Notes: a model not told the origin generated them from the letters alone. 64,000 nt of DNA from Alphaproteobacteria bacterium (GCA_964291395.2 OZ219858.1:224001-288000); one strand, 5' to 3'; shown: positions 42,361-52,950, numbered from the stretch's first letter. Numbers and translations are program-made.

Positions 42361-42837
42361 TTAGTCTTCCTTCGGCATTCCGCCGGTTCCCGGAGAAACA
42401 CCCGCAATCGCTTTCGTAAGCTCAAATACGCGTTTGCGTACGGCGGGCTTCCTGATCCTGTAGTGCGCTCTCACCAGCTCCAGAGTTTCGCGACGGGCAA
42501 ATTGGTCCCGCTGAAAGCGCTCAGAAGAATTGAGCGACACCCCAGGCTGGCCGCGCACAATCTCCTCCGGCTTGTCATCGAAAAAGAATGAGACCGGCAC
42601 GCCGAGAACCTGCGCGAACCGGAACGGGCGGCGACTGGAGCCAACCCTGTTCGTGCCGCGCTCGTATTTCTGACTCTGTTGGAATGTTGGACCGACCGCA
42701 GCGCCCGGCTTTTCCTGGCTCATGCCGAGAAGGGTACGGCGGAGACGAACCCCGGATCCAGCGTGGACGTCAACGGGATTTGGTATGCTGACCACGCTTC
42801 TTGAACTCCACTTCGTTGCGACCACCGGTTGTCTCAA
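42361..42837 (-). pseudogene. XRE-family HTH regulator (the conserved lnt neighbour), apparently degenerate
   Basis: 'PNPVDVH.G..VRLRRTLLGMSQEK...TFQQ.QKYERGTNR' recognisable, but Pro/Gly/Ser occupy normally hydrophobic helix positions; frame still open. Confidence 0.6.
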
Positions 42838-43030
42838 TGTGGTTCAAAATCGAGAGCTTCGGCCGGTAGCCAGCCCATCATTAACTACTATTTCTCCGAG
42901 CGCGTCTACGGCCGGTTCCGCCCCGCCTCATCAATGCCGGCGACGGGCGCCGCGAGCAGTCGTTCATTTTTTAAGGAACCCGGGACAATCGCACCCAATT
43001 CGCGACAAATCCGACATCCATGCATAACTT

Positions 43031-44602
43031 CTATGTCTTCGGCACGATCCTGAAAACTCTAATAGCCATTGCATAGATCAGCACGGCAAAGAGAATCGTC
43101 AGCAATCCGAAATCACCCCAGCGCGCATAGAGGGTAGGATGCTCCAAGGACGCTGGGAGTGGCGCGTCGATGACCGCGGTCTTTCCGAGGGCGGTCTTCA
43201 GTACGACCCTGCCGCGGGCGTCGGCGATCCCCGAAATCCCGGTATTGGCGACTCGAACCAGCGGTACCCCCTCCTCCGCGGCCCGGACTCGGGCCATGGC
43301 GAAATGTTGATGGGGCCCTGCCGTGAGACCGAACCAGGCATCGTTCGTCACATTCAGGAGCCATAGAGGTCGCGTCGTGTCGGACGTGACATCGCCCGGG
43401 AATATGGCTTCGTAACAAACCAGAATTCCGACCGGCGGCAGCCCCGGAAGATTCAACGTCGTATTTCCTTGGCCGGCCTGAAAGTCGCCTTGCCCCGAGG
43501 CGATTCGCTCGACGCCGACCCGGCGGAGGAGCGGCCGAAACGGCACATACTCTCCGAATGGAAGGAGGTGCGATTTATCGAACGTGCCGACGATCTGTCC
43601 GGTGTGATCGACGGCGTGAACGGAGTTCCATACCCGCCGCGGCGTTTCTCTCTCGATCGTCGTTCGAGGCGCGCCCGTGATGACCAAACCTCCTGGGTTT
43701 GCGAGCCTCCCGATCGCCCGAGACAGATCGGAATCGTTCGCCAGAAAGTAGGGCACCGCTGTCTCAGCCCAGATGACGTGGGTCACGGCATTCGAGCCGG
43801 ACCGAGAGCTCAGTTGAAAATGCCGCGCGAGATTGGCGCGCCGGTGCTCCTCCTGCCACTTGTGGCGCTGGGCGATGTTGGCTTGGACCAGACGCAAAGT
43901 CACGTTCGGCACGTTTCCGGGGTCCACGCCCGCTAGGCGAAGCGTGCCACCGAGCCAGACGACGGCGATCAAAGCCGCGGCAGCGGCCATGGGACCATAG
44001 TGGCGGGCCGGGGAGAGGGAGTTCGCGTCCCCGGCTAGCGTCGCCGGCATGGCCGCGGCGAGAACGATCAAGAACCCCAGACCATAGATGCCTATTAGCG
44101 CCGTGACCTGCAAGAGCGCATCGGAAGCGATGGCTGTGTAACCGATGAGATTCCACGGGAACCCCGTGAATGCATGGCCCCGGAGCCATTCGCCCGCGCT
44201 CCAGGCGCCAGCCAGAACAATCACTCGGCTGGCCCCGCGAATCCCTGATACATGGACCACCAGCGTCACCAACGCGGCCGACACCGCAAGCGCTGCCGGC
44301 AGACCGAGCGCGGCGAAGGGTATCATCCAGCCTACCCGCTCCGGTTCGATCAGCAATGCAAACGAAATCCAATAGAGTCCAAACCCAAGATATCCATATC
44401 CGAACCACCATCCCGCTAAGCACGCCGACCTCGGGCTAGCACATCCGTCAAGTATCCAGACCAAGCCGGTGAAGCCGATAATCAGAGCTGGCCACACGTG
44501 AAGGGGGGGGAGTGAGACGGTCATCGAGGCTCCCAGCACAAACGCCAGGAGGTACCGCCGCCAACCTTCGATACCGATCAGCCGCCGGCGGAGCCAAGCC
44601 AT
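43031..44602 (-). CDS. lnt: Apolipoprotein N-acyltransferase
   Basis: 'FTGFPWN', 'WAETA', 'KSHLLPFGEYVP', 'VCYEAIF', 'NVTNDAWFG'. Confidence 0.95.
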   Translation of the reverse strand: MAWLRRRLIGIEGWRRYLLAFVLGASMTVSLPPLHVWPALIIGFTGLVWILDGCASPRSACLAGWWFGYGYLGFGLYWISFALLIEPERVGWMIPFAALGLPAALAVSAALVTLVVHVSGIRGASRVIVLAGAWSAGEWLRGHAFTGFPWNLIGYTAIASDALLQVTALIGIYGLGFLIVLAAAMPATLAGDANSLSPARHYGPMAAAAALIAVVWLGGTLRLAGVDPGNVPNVTLRLVQANIAQRHKWQEEHRRANLARHFQLSSRSGSNAVTHVIWAETAVPYFLANDSDLSRAIGRLANPGGLVITGAPRTTIERETPRRVWNSVHAVDHTGQIVGTFDKSHLLPFGEYVPFRPLLRRVGVERIASGQGDFQAGQGNTTLNLPGLPPVGILVCYEAIFPGDVTSDTTRPLWLLNVTNDAWFGLTAGPHQHFAMARVRAAEEGVPLVRVANTGISGIADARGRVVLKTALGKTAVIDAPLPASLEHPTLYARWGDFGLLTILFAVLIYAMAIRVFRIVPKT

Positions 44603-44633
44603 GTCGCGACGTCCGCTACCTTGCGAGGATCGA

Positions 44634-45587
44634 CTACTTCGCCGCAGCCGACGACGTATTTGATACGGAGTGCCTTTCCGGGAGCCCGCGAACCCGAAGG
44701 CGCTTCACACGCCGGGGATCCGCATCCAACACCTCAAACTCAAGGCCGGAGGGATGCGATATCAGTTCCCCTCGCTGTGGTACACGTCCAAACAAGGAAA
44801 ATACGAACCCGCCGAGGGTATCGATATCTTCGTCGCGCTCCTCCGGGAGCAGATCGACCCCCACTCGCGCCTCGAATTCGTCGATGTCGGCGCGTCCGTC
44901 CGCAACCAAAACTCCATCAGGTCGCTCTTCTATGGTCGGAGCTTCGACCTGATCATGCTCGTCTTCGATTTCGCCGACGATCTCCTCGACAAGATCCTCG
45001 ATGGTGACGAGTCCATCGGTACCACCGAACTCGTCAACGACGAGCGCCATGTGAATCCGTCCCTCGCGCATCCGCAACAGCAGGTCGAGTACCGACATGG
45101 TCGGCGGCACGAACAGCACATCGTGCGCGACATCAACGAGGTTGAAGTCCGTTCGTCCCTCCCAATACGCGAGGAGATCCTTGATATGCACGAACCCCAG
45201 AACGTGATCCAGCGTGTCCTGATAAATCGGTAGCCGAGAATGGAACGCCTCATGCATCGCTTCGACCACCTTGTCGAGCGGCGCATCAACTTCGATGGCC
45301 ACGATGTCGGGACGCGGAACCATGACGTCGTCGACCCGCAGCCGATGCAGCTTGAGGATATTCATCAGCATCAGCCGCTCTTCCCGGTTAAACGGCCCTT
45401 GCTCGTCCTCGGATTCCTCTATGAGCTCGGAAAGGCTCTCACGCAGCATCTCGTCGCCGTTCCGGCCACGAGACGTCCCGCGCAGCCAAGTCAACAGATT
45501 TTGCGCAAGAGAAGAGTCGTCGGTTCCGTCGCCGTCGGTATCGGAGTGGGTCAAGTTCCGATCGGCGACATCAGTTGGCTTCATCAT
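44634..45587 (-). CDS. corC: CBS-domain HlyC/CorC family protein
   Basis: 'VDDVMVPR', 'HSRLPIY', 'VVDEFGGTDGLVTIEDLVEEIVGEIEDEHD'. Confidence 0.88.
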   Translation of the reverse strand: MMKPTDVADRNLTHSDTDGDGTDDSSLAQNLLTWLRGTSRGRNGDEMLRESLSELIEESEDEQGPFNREERLMLMNILKLHRLRVDDVMVPRPDIVAIEVDAPLDKVVEAMHEAFHSRLPIYQDTLDHVLGFVHIKDLLAYWEGRTDFNLVDVAHDVLFVPPTMSVLDLLLRMREGRIHMALVVDEFGGTDGLVTIEDLVEEIVGEIEDEHDQVEAPTIEERPDGVLVADGRADIDEFEARVGVDLLPEERDEDIDTLGGFVFSLFGRVPQRGELISHPSGLEFEVLDADPRRVKRLRVRGLPERHSVSNTSSAAAK

Positions 45588-45593
45588 ACCGGT

Positions 45594-46151
45594 TCACTTA
45601 ATCAGAGCGACGCTGTCCGCATATGGGTTCGGAATTCCCATCTCCCCGAGGATCGATGCCTCCAACTCCTCCATGACATCGGCTTCGGTTTCGGAATCAT
45701 GGCGGTGGTCGAGTAAATGCAGAGTCCCATGAACCACTAGATGCCTCAGGTGATCCGCGAACGGTGTGCCGCGCTGACTCGCCTCCCGAGAAACCGTGTC
45801 ACACGAAATCACGACATCACCGAGCATCCGGGGCGCACCGACCGGCACCGATTCGCCGGGCGAATCACAAGGAAACGCGAGCACGTTGGTCGGTCGGTCC
45901 ACCCCCCGACCTTCCCGGTTGAGACGCTGCAGCAATTCATCGTCGGCCAAGACGACAGACACTTCCATAAGCACATCCGGCGGGTCAACGACCGCCAGGA
46001 CACCGCCGACCGCCTGATGACACAGTGCCTCGGCATCCAGCATCCTCGAGCGCCATTTCGGACTCTTGATGGCAACCGCGACCTCTATCCCCGTGGCACG
46101 GTTCCGGTGCTGAATGGTCGGCCTATCGGATGGGTCGGGATCCTCAATCAT
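45594..46151 (-). CDS. ybeY: rRNA maturation endoribonuclease YbeY
   Basis: 'PTNVLAFP', 'LGDVVI', 'HLVVHGTLHLLDHRH'. Confidence 0.92.
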   Translation of the reverse strand: MIEDPDPSDRPTIQHRNRATGIEVAVAIKSPKWRSRMLDAEALCHQAVGGVLAVVDPPDVLMEVSVVLADDELLQRLNREGRGVDRPTNVLAFPCDSPGESVPVGAPRMLGDVVISCDTVSREASQRGTPFADHLRHLVVHGTLHLLDHRHDSETEADVMEELEASILGEMGIPNPYADSVALIK

Positions 46152-47157
46152 CACGCTTCGCCTTCGAACGACGCTCTCGTTCACGATGGTCGTAGGCTTG
46201 CACGATTCGCGTTACCAGCGCATGTCTCACCACGTCCGCATCCGAGAAATGCACGATCTCGACTTCGGGAACGCCGTCGAGCATCTCCAGGGCATCCGCC
46301 AACCCCGACACCTCGCCACGCGGCAAATCGACTTGGGAGAGATCGCCGGTGACCACCATGCGCGAGTTCTCGCCAAGACGCGTGAGCAACATTTTCATTT
46401 GGACGGGGGATGTATTTTGCGCTTCGTCGACGATGACGAACGCGCTGGTCAAGGTGCGACCACGCATGAACGCGACGGGCGCAACCTCGATTTCTCCCGA
46501 CTCGAGCCGCCGAACGACCTGATCCGAAGGCAACATATGATGCAGAGCGTCGTAAAGAGGACGTAGATACGGATCGATTTTGTCCCGCAGATCTCCCGGC
46601 AAATAACCGAGCCTCTCGCCTGCCTCCACGGCTGGCCGCGACAGAATTATGCGCTCGACGAGACCCTCCAGGAGCATCGACACACCCACTGCGACCGCCA
46701 GAAATGTCTTACCAGTCCCGGCGGGTCCCAGCCCGAAAACCATTTCATGGGAATGGAGCGCGCGGACATAAGCGGCCTGCACGGGGGAACGTGGCGTAAT
46801 CACGTGCCGTCGAGTTCGGATCCGCGTGCCTTCGTCGACTATCGAGTGCAACTCACCATCTTCCGTCACCAAGGCCTCGGCCATGCGGATGGCGCCATCC
46901 ACTTCACCCACACCAACATCGAGGCCGTTCTCGAGTCTGGCATAGAGCTCGTTGAGAACTGCGCGCGTTGCCTTCTGACGCCAGGCACCCCCCTCGATCG
47001 ACAATCGATTGCCTCGAGCCGTCACCGAGACGTTCAGTTTCTGCTCAATTCGGGCCAGATTCCGATCGTGCTCTCCGAACAAGGCGGTCAAGAGACTGTT
47101 GTCGTCGAAGTCCATGTAAAGCGGCGCCGGCGCGTCCGCTTCATTCAGTGCTGCCAA
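46144..47157 (-). CDS. phoH: PhoH-family ATPase (YbeZ-like)
   Basis: 'GPAGTGKT', 'RPAVEAGERLGYLPG', 'MRGRTL', 'DEAQN'. Confidence 0.93.
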   Translation of the reverse strand: MAALNEADAPAPLYMDFDDNSLLTALFGEHDRNLARIEQKLNVSVTARGNRLSIEGGAWRQKATRAVLNELYARLENGLDVGVGEVDGAIRMAEALVTEDGELHSIVDEGTRIRTRRHVITPRSPVQAAYVRALHSHEMVFGLGPAGTGKTFLAVAVGVSMLLEGLVERIILSRPAVEAGERLGYLPGDLRDKIDPYLRPLYDALHHMLPSDQVVRRLESGEIEVAPVAFMRGRTLTSAFVIVDEAQNTSPVQMKMLLTRLGENSRMVVTGDLSQVDLPRGEVSGLADALEMLDGVPEVEIVHFSDADVVRHALVTRIVQAYDHRERERRSKAKRDD

Positions 47158-47170
47158 TTCTGTCGAATCC

Positions 47171-48535
47171 TCATGCCGCGTACGCCGATCGATCTCCGAT
47201 GTCCGCCGGGCCTGTCAACGAACCGGACAGGCTGTTGGGCAACGCAGCGTCAATACGAACCGTCGTAATCCGCCCATTATAGGAAGGGGCCGCCTCGACA
47301 TGCACGGCTTGCATGTAAGGACTGCGGCCTACCAGTTGCCCCACATATCGCCCCTGCCGTTCAAGTAGGACATCGAGCGTTCGGCCCACGGTCGCCAGGT
47401 TGAACGCACGCGCTTGCCGTCCAATCAGGTCTTGCAGTTCGGCCAGTCTTTCAGACTTCACGTCATCCGCGACTTGGTCTTCGAGACCGGCTGCCGGTGT
47501 GCCAGGACGCGGGCTGTACCGGAACGAATAGGCACTCGCGTATTCGACTTGGCAAACCAGATCGAGTGTCGATTTGAAATCAGTGTCGGTCTCACCCGGA
47601 AACCCCACGATGAAGTCGCTGGAAAGAGCGATATCCGGCCGCGCGGTACGGATCCGATCGACAAGCCGCAAGTAGTCCGCCGACGTGTGCCTGCGGTTCA
47701 TGTCCCCCAGAACACGGTCGGAGCCCGACTGCACCGGCAGGTGAAGGTAAGGCATCAGAACATCGACGTCCCCGTGAGCCGAGATGAGATCTTCACTCAT
47801 GTCGCGGGGATGAGAGGTGGTGTAGCGGAGCCTTTGGAGTCCGTCGACCTCCGCCAGTTCGTAGATCAGATCCGCCAGCGACCAGGTTTGTCCGTTACGG
47901 CCTTCGCCATGATACGCATTCACGTTCTGGCCCAAGAGCGTGAGTTCACGCGTCCCTGCCTCAACGAGTCTGCGTGCCTCCTCGAGAACATCGACGACGG
48001 GGCGCGAGTATTCCAGCCCGCGTGTGTAAGGCACCACACAGAACGTGCAGAATTTGTCACACCCTTCCTGGATGGTGAGAAACGCTGTAGGGCCTCTCGG
48101 TGCCGATTCCTCAGGCAGCGAGTCGAACTTGGCTTCGATGGGAAACTCTGTATCGACTACCGCGCGCCGTTCAACTTCGGAAATCATGTCGGGAAGCCGA
48201 TGGTACGCCTGAGGACCGAACACGACGTCGACCCACGGCGCTCGACGACGGACTTCCTCACCTTCGGCCTGCGCGACACATCCGGCCACGGCGAGTACCA
48301 TGGAGCTGCCGTCCTTCTCACGCGCGCGCTTGAGCGACCGCAGGCGGCCCAGTTCCGAATACACTTTCTCTACCGCCTTCTCACGGATATGGCATGTGTT
48401 CAGAATGACCATATCTGCTCCCTCGGGGTGGGACACGGGAGCATAGCCCAACGGCGCCAGGACATCCGTCATACGAGCAGAGTCGTAGACGTTCATCTGA
48501 CAACCGTAAGTTTTGATGAAAAGCTTTTTGTGCAA
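47171..48535 (-). CDS. miaB: tRNA-2-methylthio-i6A37 methylthiotransferase
   Basis: '[11 protein letters not shown]', '[12 protein letters not shown]', C-terminal TRAM domain. Confidence 0.96.
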   Translation of the reverse strand: MHKKLFIKTYGCQMNVYDSARMTDVLAPLGYAPVSHPEGADMVILNTCHIREKAVEKVYSELGRLRSLKRAREKDGSSMVLAVAGCVAQAEGEEVRRRAPWVDVVFGPQAYHRLPDMISEVERRAVVDTEFPIEAKFDSLPEESAPRGPTAFLTIQEGCDKFCTFCVVPYTRGLEYSRPVVDVLEEARRLVEAGTRELTLLGQNVNAYHGEGRNGQTWSLADLIYELAEVDGLQRLRYTTSHPRDMSEDLISAHGDVDVLMPYLHLPVQSGSDRVLGDMNRRHTSADYLRLVDRIRTARPDIALSSDFIVGFPGETDTDFKSTLDLVCQVEYASAYSFRYSPRPGTPAAGLEDQVADDVKSERLAELQDLIGRQARAFNLATVGRTLDVLLERQGRYVGQLVGRSPYMQAVHVEAAPSYNGRITTVRIDAALPNSLSGSLTGPADIGDRSAYAA

Positions 48536-48630
48536 GGACGGTCTCTAGGCCCCTCGTGGAGGGCCAATCCGACGTTTCGTCGTTTGCATCGGCCTTACAA
48601 GTCCCCCGAATACTTCAAGAAACACTAGCA

Positions 48631-48650
48631 CTTGACTTTACCCTGTCAAG
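48631..48650. promoter_or_regulatory. Palindromic operator-like site upstream of miaB
   Basis: Perfect CTTGAC-N8-GTCAAG; overlaps a minus-strand TTGACA. Confidence 0.45.
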
Positions 48651-48890
48651 GCGGGGTACGAACCTGGACAAATTCCATCCCCAGCGCCGAGGCGACACGC
48701 GTGGCTCCTGTCGAACAGACATCCGGCCGCACTCGAAGTAGCTTGGTCGTCCTATTCCGTCGAACGACACATGAATCCGGTACCGAGCAACGATAGACAT
48801 CTCGATGTCGTCGAAGGCGTCCACACTTCGCCTTCTGAACCGAAAGCATCACCATCGGCATCACCAACGTCACGGAAGAAGAAGTTCCGG

Positions 48891-49724
48891 CTAATCGTAG
48901 CGATACGACACGTCACAGTGCGGGGCCCGCGTGAGACGGGCGTGTTCCGTCGCGACCACCTTCTCGCAGTGAGCGGCAAGCATCTTTCGCGACTCAAAAT
49001 GTGCCCTTGGCACGGGATCGTGAAAGGTGACCGCGACGCTCAAGCTACCCAGCTGAAAAACGCTCCATAGATGGGGAACGAATTCCATGTCTCCAAACCA
49101 GGCTACCGCCGGCCTCGTCCGCGAATCGGTAGGAGAACCCTCGATTCGGACGTATGCCACAGTCACCGGCTGGACGACAGATATGGCCTCGCCCACGGCA
49201 TTCTCCATCACGGAGAAAAAGGCACTCTTGAACGGCAACACATGGCTTCCGTCGGTGCTGGTTCCTTCGGGAAACAGCACCAGCCGTGCACCTTCTTCCA
49301 GCCGTTCACCGAGTTGCCGGGCATGCGTGTCCGCTTTTCGACGACTCCGCTCCACGAACACCGTTCGTTGAAGACGCGCCAGGGTCCCGACACCTGGCCA
49401 TGCGGATACTTCCGCTTTGGCCACGAACGAGCATTCCATCAAGCTTCCCAATATCGGGATATCCAGCCAAGAACTGTGATTCGCGACCAATAACGCCGGA
49501 CGGCGTAATGGCGGAGACCCGACGACTCGAATGTCGATCCTCAGTATCCGGCAAAGTCCCGCATGGTAGAGCCGAGGCACCCGCTCCCTGAGAGAACTGC
49601 CGGTGGCCGCCGAAACCAACTGAAGAGGAAGCAGGAGAAACGTCCAAGAGAGCGTGACAAGCACGCGTCCAGATGCCCGGAGCAGTCTTAGGGCACGCCG
49701 GTCAGGAGTCCGCACTCTCGTCAC
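48891..49724 (-). CDS. Lysophospholipid acyltransferase (PlsC/OlsA-like)
   Basis: 'ANHSSWLD', 'FVAKAEV', 'LFPEGTST'; start approximate, overlapping the fur end. Confidence 0.88.
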   Translation of the reverse strand: MTRVRTPDRRALRLLRASGRVLVTLSWTFLLLPLQLVSAATGSSLRERVPRLYHAGLCRILRIDIRVVGSPPLRRPALLVANHSSWLDIPILGSLMECSFVAKAEVSAWPGVGTLARLQRTVFVERSRRKADTHARQLGERLEEGARLVLFPEGTSTDGSHVLPFKSAFFSVMENAVGEAISVVQPVTVAYVRIEGSPTDSRTRPAVAWFGDMEFVPHLWSVFQLGSLSVAVTFHDPVPRAHFESRKMLAAHCEKVVATEHARLTRAPHCDVSYRYD

Positions 49725-50136
49725 TATCGGATCCGAGGGGCACTCCATAGAGTTCGAGGCGATGATCAACCAGTTTGAAACCCAGCTTTTCGGCAATCCT
49801 CTCCTGGAGGCGCTCAATCTCCTCGTCCTGAAACTCCAATACCCGGCCGCTTCGAATATCGATGAGATGATCGTGATGCTCCAGAGGCACTTCCTCGTAC
49901 CGTGCCCGGCCATCGCGAAAATCGTGACGATCCAAAATGTTTGCCTCCTCGAACAGTCGGACGGTTCGGTACACGGTGGCGATCGAGATCTTCGGGTCGA
50001 GTTCACTCGCCCGCCGATAAACCGCCTCCACGTCCGGATGATCCTCTGCCTCCGACAGCACGCGTGCAATGAGCCGACGTTGGCCGGTCATTTTCATACC
50101 TTTTTCGATGCACAGGCGTTCGAGCCTTGAAGCCAT
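49702..50136 (-). CDS. fur: Fur/Mur family metal-uptake regulator
   Basis: 'MTGQRR', 'DHPDVE', 'ISIATVYRT', 'HHDHLID', 'HRLELYG'. Confidence 0.92.
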   Translation of the reverse strand: MASRLERLCIEKGMKMTGQRRLIARVLSEAEDHPDVEAVYRRASELDPKISIATVYRTVRLFEEANILDRHDFRDGRARYEEVPLEHHDHLIDIRSGRVLEFQDEEIERLQERIAEKLGFKLVDHRLELYGVPLGSDSDESADS

Positions 50137-50174
50137 TACGTTGGCCTAAAATTGTGCCTGACGAATGAACGCAC

Positions 50175-50591
50175 CTATCTCTGCCGTCGGCGACGCTTCC
50201 TACCTAGTCCAATTTTCTTCGCCAAATCGCTTCGCTGAGAAGCGTAGTTGGGCGCGACCATAGGATAGTCGGGCGCCAGCCCCCATCGCTCACGGTACTC
50301 ATCCGGGGTCAAATCATACCGCGTCCTAATATGACGCTTGAGCATCTTTAACTTTTTACCATCTTCCAGACAGATGATGTAGTCAGGCATGATAGATTTC
50401 TTGATCGGCACGGCGGGCTTTGGACGCTCGGGCGCGGGCTGGGCAACGCCGCCCACGGTCGCCAACGCACAATACACTTGCTGAATCAGTTGCGGCAGTT
50501 CAGCGACCGTCACGGAGTTGTTCGAGACGTGCGACGCAACTATATCCGTTGTCAGTGCAAGCAGTTCACCGCTATCCGATTGTTCTACCAT
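50175..50591 (-). CDS. mucR: Ros/MucR zinc-finger regulator
   Basis: 'IVASHVSNN', 'PAVPIKKS', 'CLEDGKKLKMLKRH', 'YPMVAPNY'. Confidence 0.93.
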   Translation of the reverse strand: MVEQSDSGELLALTTDIVASHVSNNSVTVAELPQLIQQVYCALATVGGVAQPAPERPKPAVPIKKSIMPDYIICLEDGKKLKMLKRHIRTRYDLTPDEYRERWGLAPDYPMVAPNYASQRSDLAKKIGLGRKRRRRQR

Positions 50592-50685
50592 TCAATCCTT
50601 TATCCTCCGGGCGTCATGTACTGAACGTATAACTAGTATCTTATACTTCATTGGACAAGGAAATCAGAGTCCTCATCATTAAATC

Positions 50686-50934
50686 ATGACTCCTACGACA
50701 CAAACTCCCGATCACTTTCTCGATATAACAAGTGACGTTTGTCCTATCACCTTCGTAAAGACCAAGCTCTTGATAGAGCGAATGCGATCGGGCGAAACCG
50801 CAGAGGTTCATCTGCCACCGGGTGAACCTCTGGAAAATGTGCCACGGTCGGTATGCGAGGAGGGCCACATCGTTCTGAGCCTGGAACCGGATACCGGTAC
50901 CGACATCTATATCCTGCTGATCCAGAAGACCTGA
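50686..50934 (+). CDS. TusA/SirA family sulfur carrier
   Basis: 'LDITSDVCPITFVKTKL', 'GEPLENVPRS...GH'. Confidence 0.85.
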   Translation: MTPTTQTPDHFLDITSDVCPITFVKTKLLIERMRSGETAEVHLPPGEPLENVPRSVCEEGHIVLSLEPDTGTDIYILLIQKT

Positions 50935-51043
50935 AACGGGCCTCCCACGTCTCCGGAATGCCGAGCCGCATGATCAATGCAGCAATGAGACCATCTCGGC
51001 GACAGAGGCCTGAGAAACCACTGTGTTCAATGATACAGCCGTT

Positions 51044-51736
51044 TCACTCGGCCGGAGCGCCGGGTAGTCGGGCATCCGGTGCCCGTAAATACAGGGGTTG
51101 GGGCGGGACGTTTCCGATACCATCCGATTCCGCCAACTTAAGCCCTGCGCGGGCAACATGAACGGCATCAGGAACGAACGGCGCATCCGAGAACCGAATA
51201 TCGGGATGCCGTTCTTTGATCTGATCCCGAACCAGTTTCGTACCGCTTCCAACCACCGTGACCGGTCCGGAGGGCAACACGGAAGGCACGTCGGTCGGGG
51301 CGATGACAGCCGGCGCCAGAGCGGTGATCTCGCCATCCCACGGAAACACCTGATGGTACAGTTCGGCCTTCCCAGCATCATGTAAGACTACGATCGCTCG
51401 CCCTTCGCCCATCTCGCGCCACTGCCGCGCACCTTCTGCTATGGCAGCCATTGTCGTTATCCCGGCGACGCGGACGCCGGTCGTCAGGGCGATCCCGCGG
51501 GCCGCCGACAGCCCGACACGAATTCCTGTGAATGTTCCCGGTCCCACCGTAACCGCGATGAGATCTAACTCATCAAACCAAGTGGACGCAGCGGACAGCA
51601 CCGACTGAATCATCGGAACCAGCGCCTCCGCGTGACCTTTTGAGAGGTGTTCATGCCGACGGGCCAGCACATTCCTGCCGTCACACACCGCCACCGAACA
51701 CGCGTCGAGCGCCGTGTCGAACGCGAGGATCTTCAT
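51044..51736 (-). CDS. tsaB: t6A biosynthesis protein TsaB
   Basis: 'ILAFDTA', 'GHAEALVPMI', 'VTVGPGTFTGIRVG', 'PLYLRAPDA'. Confidence 0.94.
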   Translation of the reverse strand: MKILAFDTALDACSVAVCDGRNVLARRHEHLSKGHAEALVPMIQSVLSAASTWFDELDLIAVTVGPGTFTGIRVGLSAARGIALTTGVRVAGITTMAAIAEGARQWREMGEGRAIVVLHDAGKAELYHQVFPWDGEITALAPAVIAPTDVPSVLPSGPVTVVGSGTKLVRDQIKERHPDIRFSDAPFVPDAVHVARAGLKLAESDGIGNVPPQPLYLRAPDARLPGAPAE

Positions 51737-51820
51737 CGGTTCATCCCGGTTCTCCGGCTGACTTCTGGTGGCGGAATTCGGTTGCGTTGTGATACATGCA
51801 CTACGAAACATGCCACCCAC

Positions 51821-52921
51821 ATGATCGGCATGGTCATGCGATCCTGGAAAGCCCGACCGGTGTCAACCTCTCCAAGAAGCCGGTTTTGGGGTGTCATAGG
51901 CCTCGGATTTGCGTCCGCGCTGCCCGCTCTTTCGGCACCCGCTTCCTCCGCCGCGACGGTGACGGCCGATCGGTCGGCGGCAACCATCATCATGTACCAC
52001 CGGTTCGGCGAACGGAACTATCCGTCGACGAACGTGCGTATCGAACAACTGGAAGCGCACATTCGCGAGCTCACGTCCGGGCCATACAACGTGTTGCCGC
52101 TGGAACAGATCGTCGACGCCTTCCGGACGGGCCGTGACCTCCCCGCCAACACCGTCGCGATAACCATCGACGACGCCTATCAATCCACGTACACCGAGGC
52201 CTGGCCCCGGTTCAAGGACGCCGGACTGCCGTTCACGCTGTTCGTCGCAACGGATCCGGTCGACAAAGGTCTCGCGAACTTCCTGACCTGGGACCAGCTA
52301 CGGGAGATCCGGGATGGCGGCGGCAGCATAGGTCACCACACCGCTTCGCATCTGCACATGGTGGGCGCATCGGACGAACGAATTTGGCAGGAAATCCGTA
52401 AGGCAAGCGAACGATACCAGCAGGAACTCGGCAAGATCCCCCGGATCTTCGCCTACCCGTTCGGAGAGGCCAGCCGGGACGTGCGCGGCAAAATCATAGA
52501 AGCAGGCTTCACCGCGGCATTCGGCCAACACTCCGGCGTGGCGTACGCGGGGGCCGACCGATTCTATCTGCCAAGGTTCCCATTCAACGAGAATTTCGGC
52601 TCCATCGACCGGCTGAAGTTGGCCGCCACCGCCCTGCCCCTCCCCGTCACCGACGTTACGCCTCTCGATTTCTCCCTGACCCAAAACCCGCCCCATTTCG
52701 GCTTCACCGTATCCCCCGAAATCCGATCCCTGGAACAGCTGAACTGCTTCGTGTCGCCCGGCGGCAACCCGGCACAAACCCGACGCCTCGGAGAACGGCG
52801 GGTCGAAGTGCGGGTCGACAACCCCTTCCCTCCCGGCCGAGCGCGCTTCAACTGCACGATGCCCACGCAGGACAACAGATGGCGATGGTTCGGAATGCAG
52901 TTCCATGTACCTCGGCCATGA
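51821..52921 (+). CDS. Exported polysaccharide deacetylase (CE4)
   Basis: Signal-like N-terminus, 'IMYHRF', 'ITIDDAY', 'GHHTASH', 'FAYPFGE'; start approximate. Confidence 0.88.
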   Translation: MIGMVMRSWKARPVSTSPRSRFWGVIGLGFASALPALSAPASSAATVTADRSAATIIMYHRFGERNYPSTNVRIEQLEAHIRELTSGPYNVLPLEQIVDAFRTGRDLPANTVAITIDDAYQSTYTEAWPRFKDAGLPFTLFVATDPVDKGLANFLTWDQLREIRDGGGSIGHHTASHLHMVGASDERIWQEIRKASERYQQELGKIPRIFAYPFGEASRDVRGKIIEAGFTAAFGQHSGVAYAGADRFYLPRFPFNENFGSIDRLKLAATALPLPVTDVTPLDFSLTQNPPHFGFTVSPEIRSLEQLNCFVSPGGNPAQTRRLGERRVEVRVDNPFPPGRARFNCTMPTQDNRWRWFGMQFHVPRP

Positions 52922-52950
52922 CCCCCCGGTTCACACAGGAATTCTCCGGA

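Noticed and set aside
48626-48634. TAGCACTT as half of a CIRCE element
   Set aside because: The second half-site (GAGTGCTAA) is missing.
48770-48890. Fragment reading ...ESITIGITNVTEE, reminiscent of a cadherin-like repeat end
   Set aside because: Too short and needs a frameshift; cannot be distinguished from chance.
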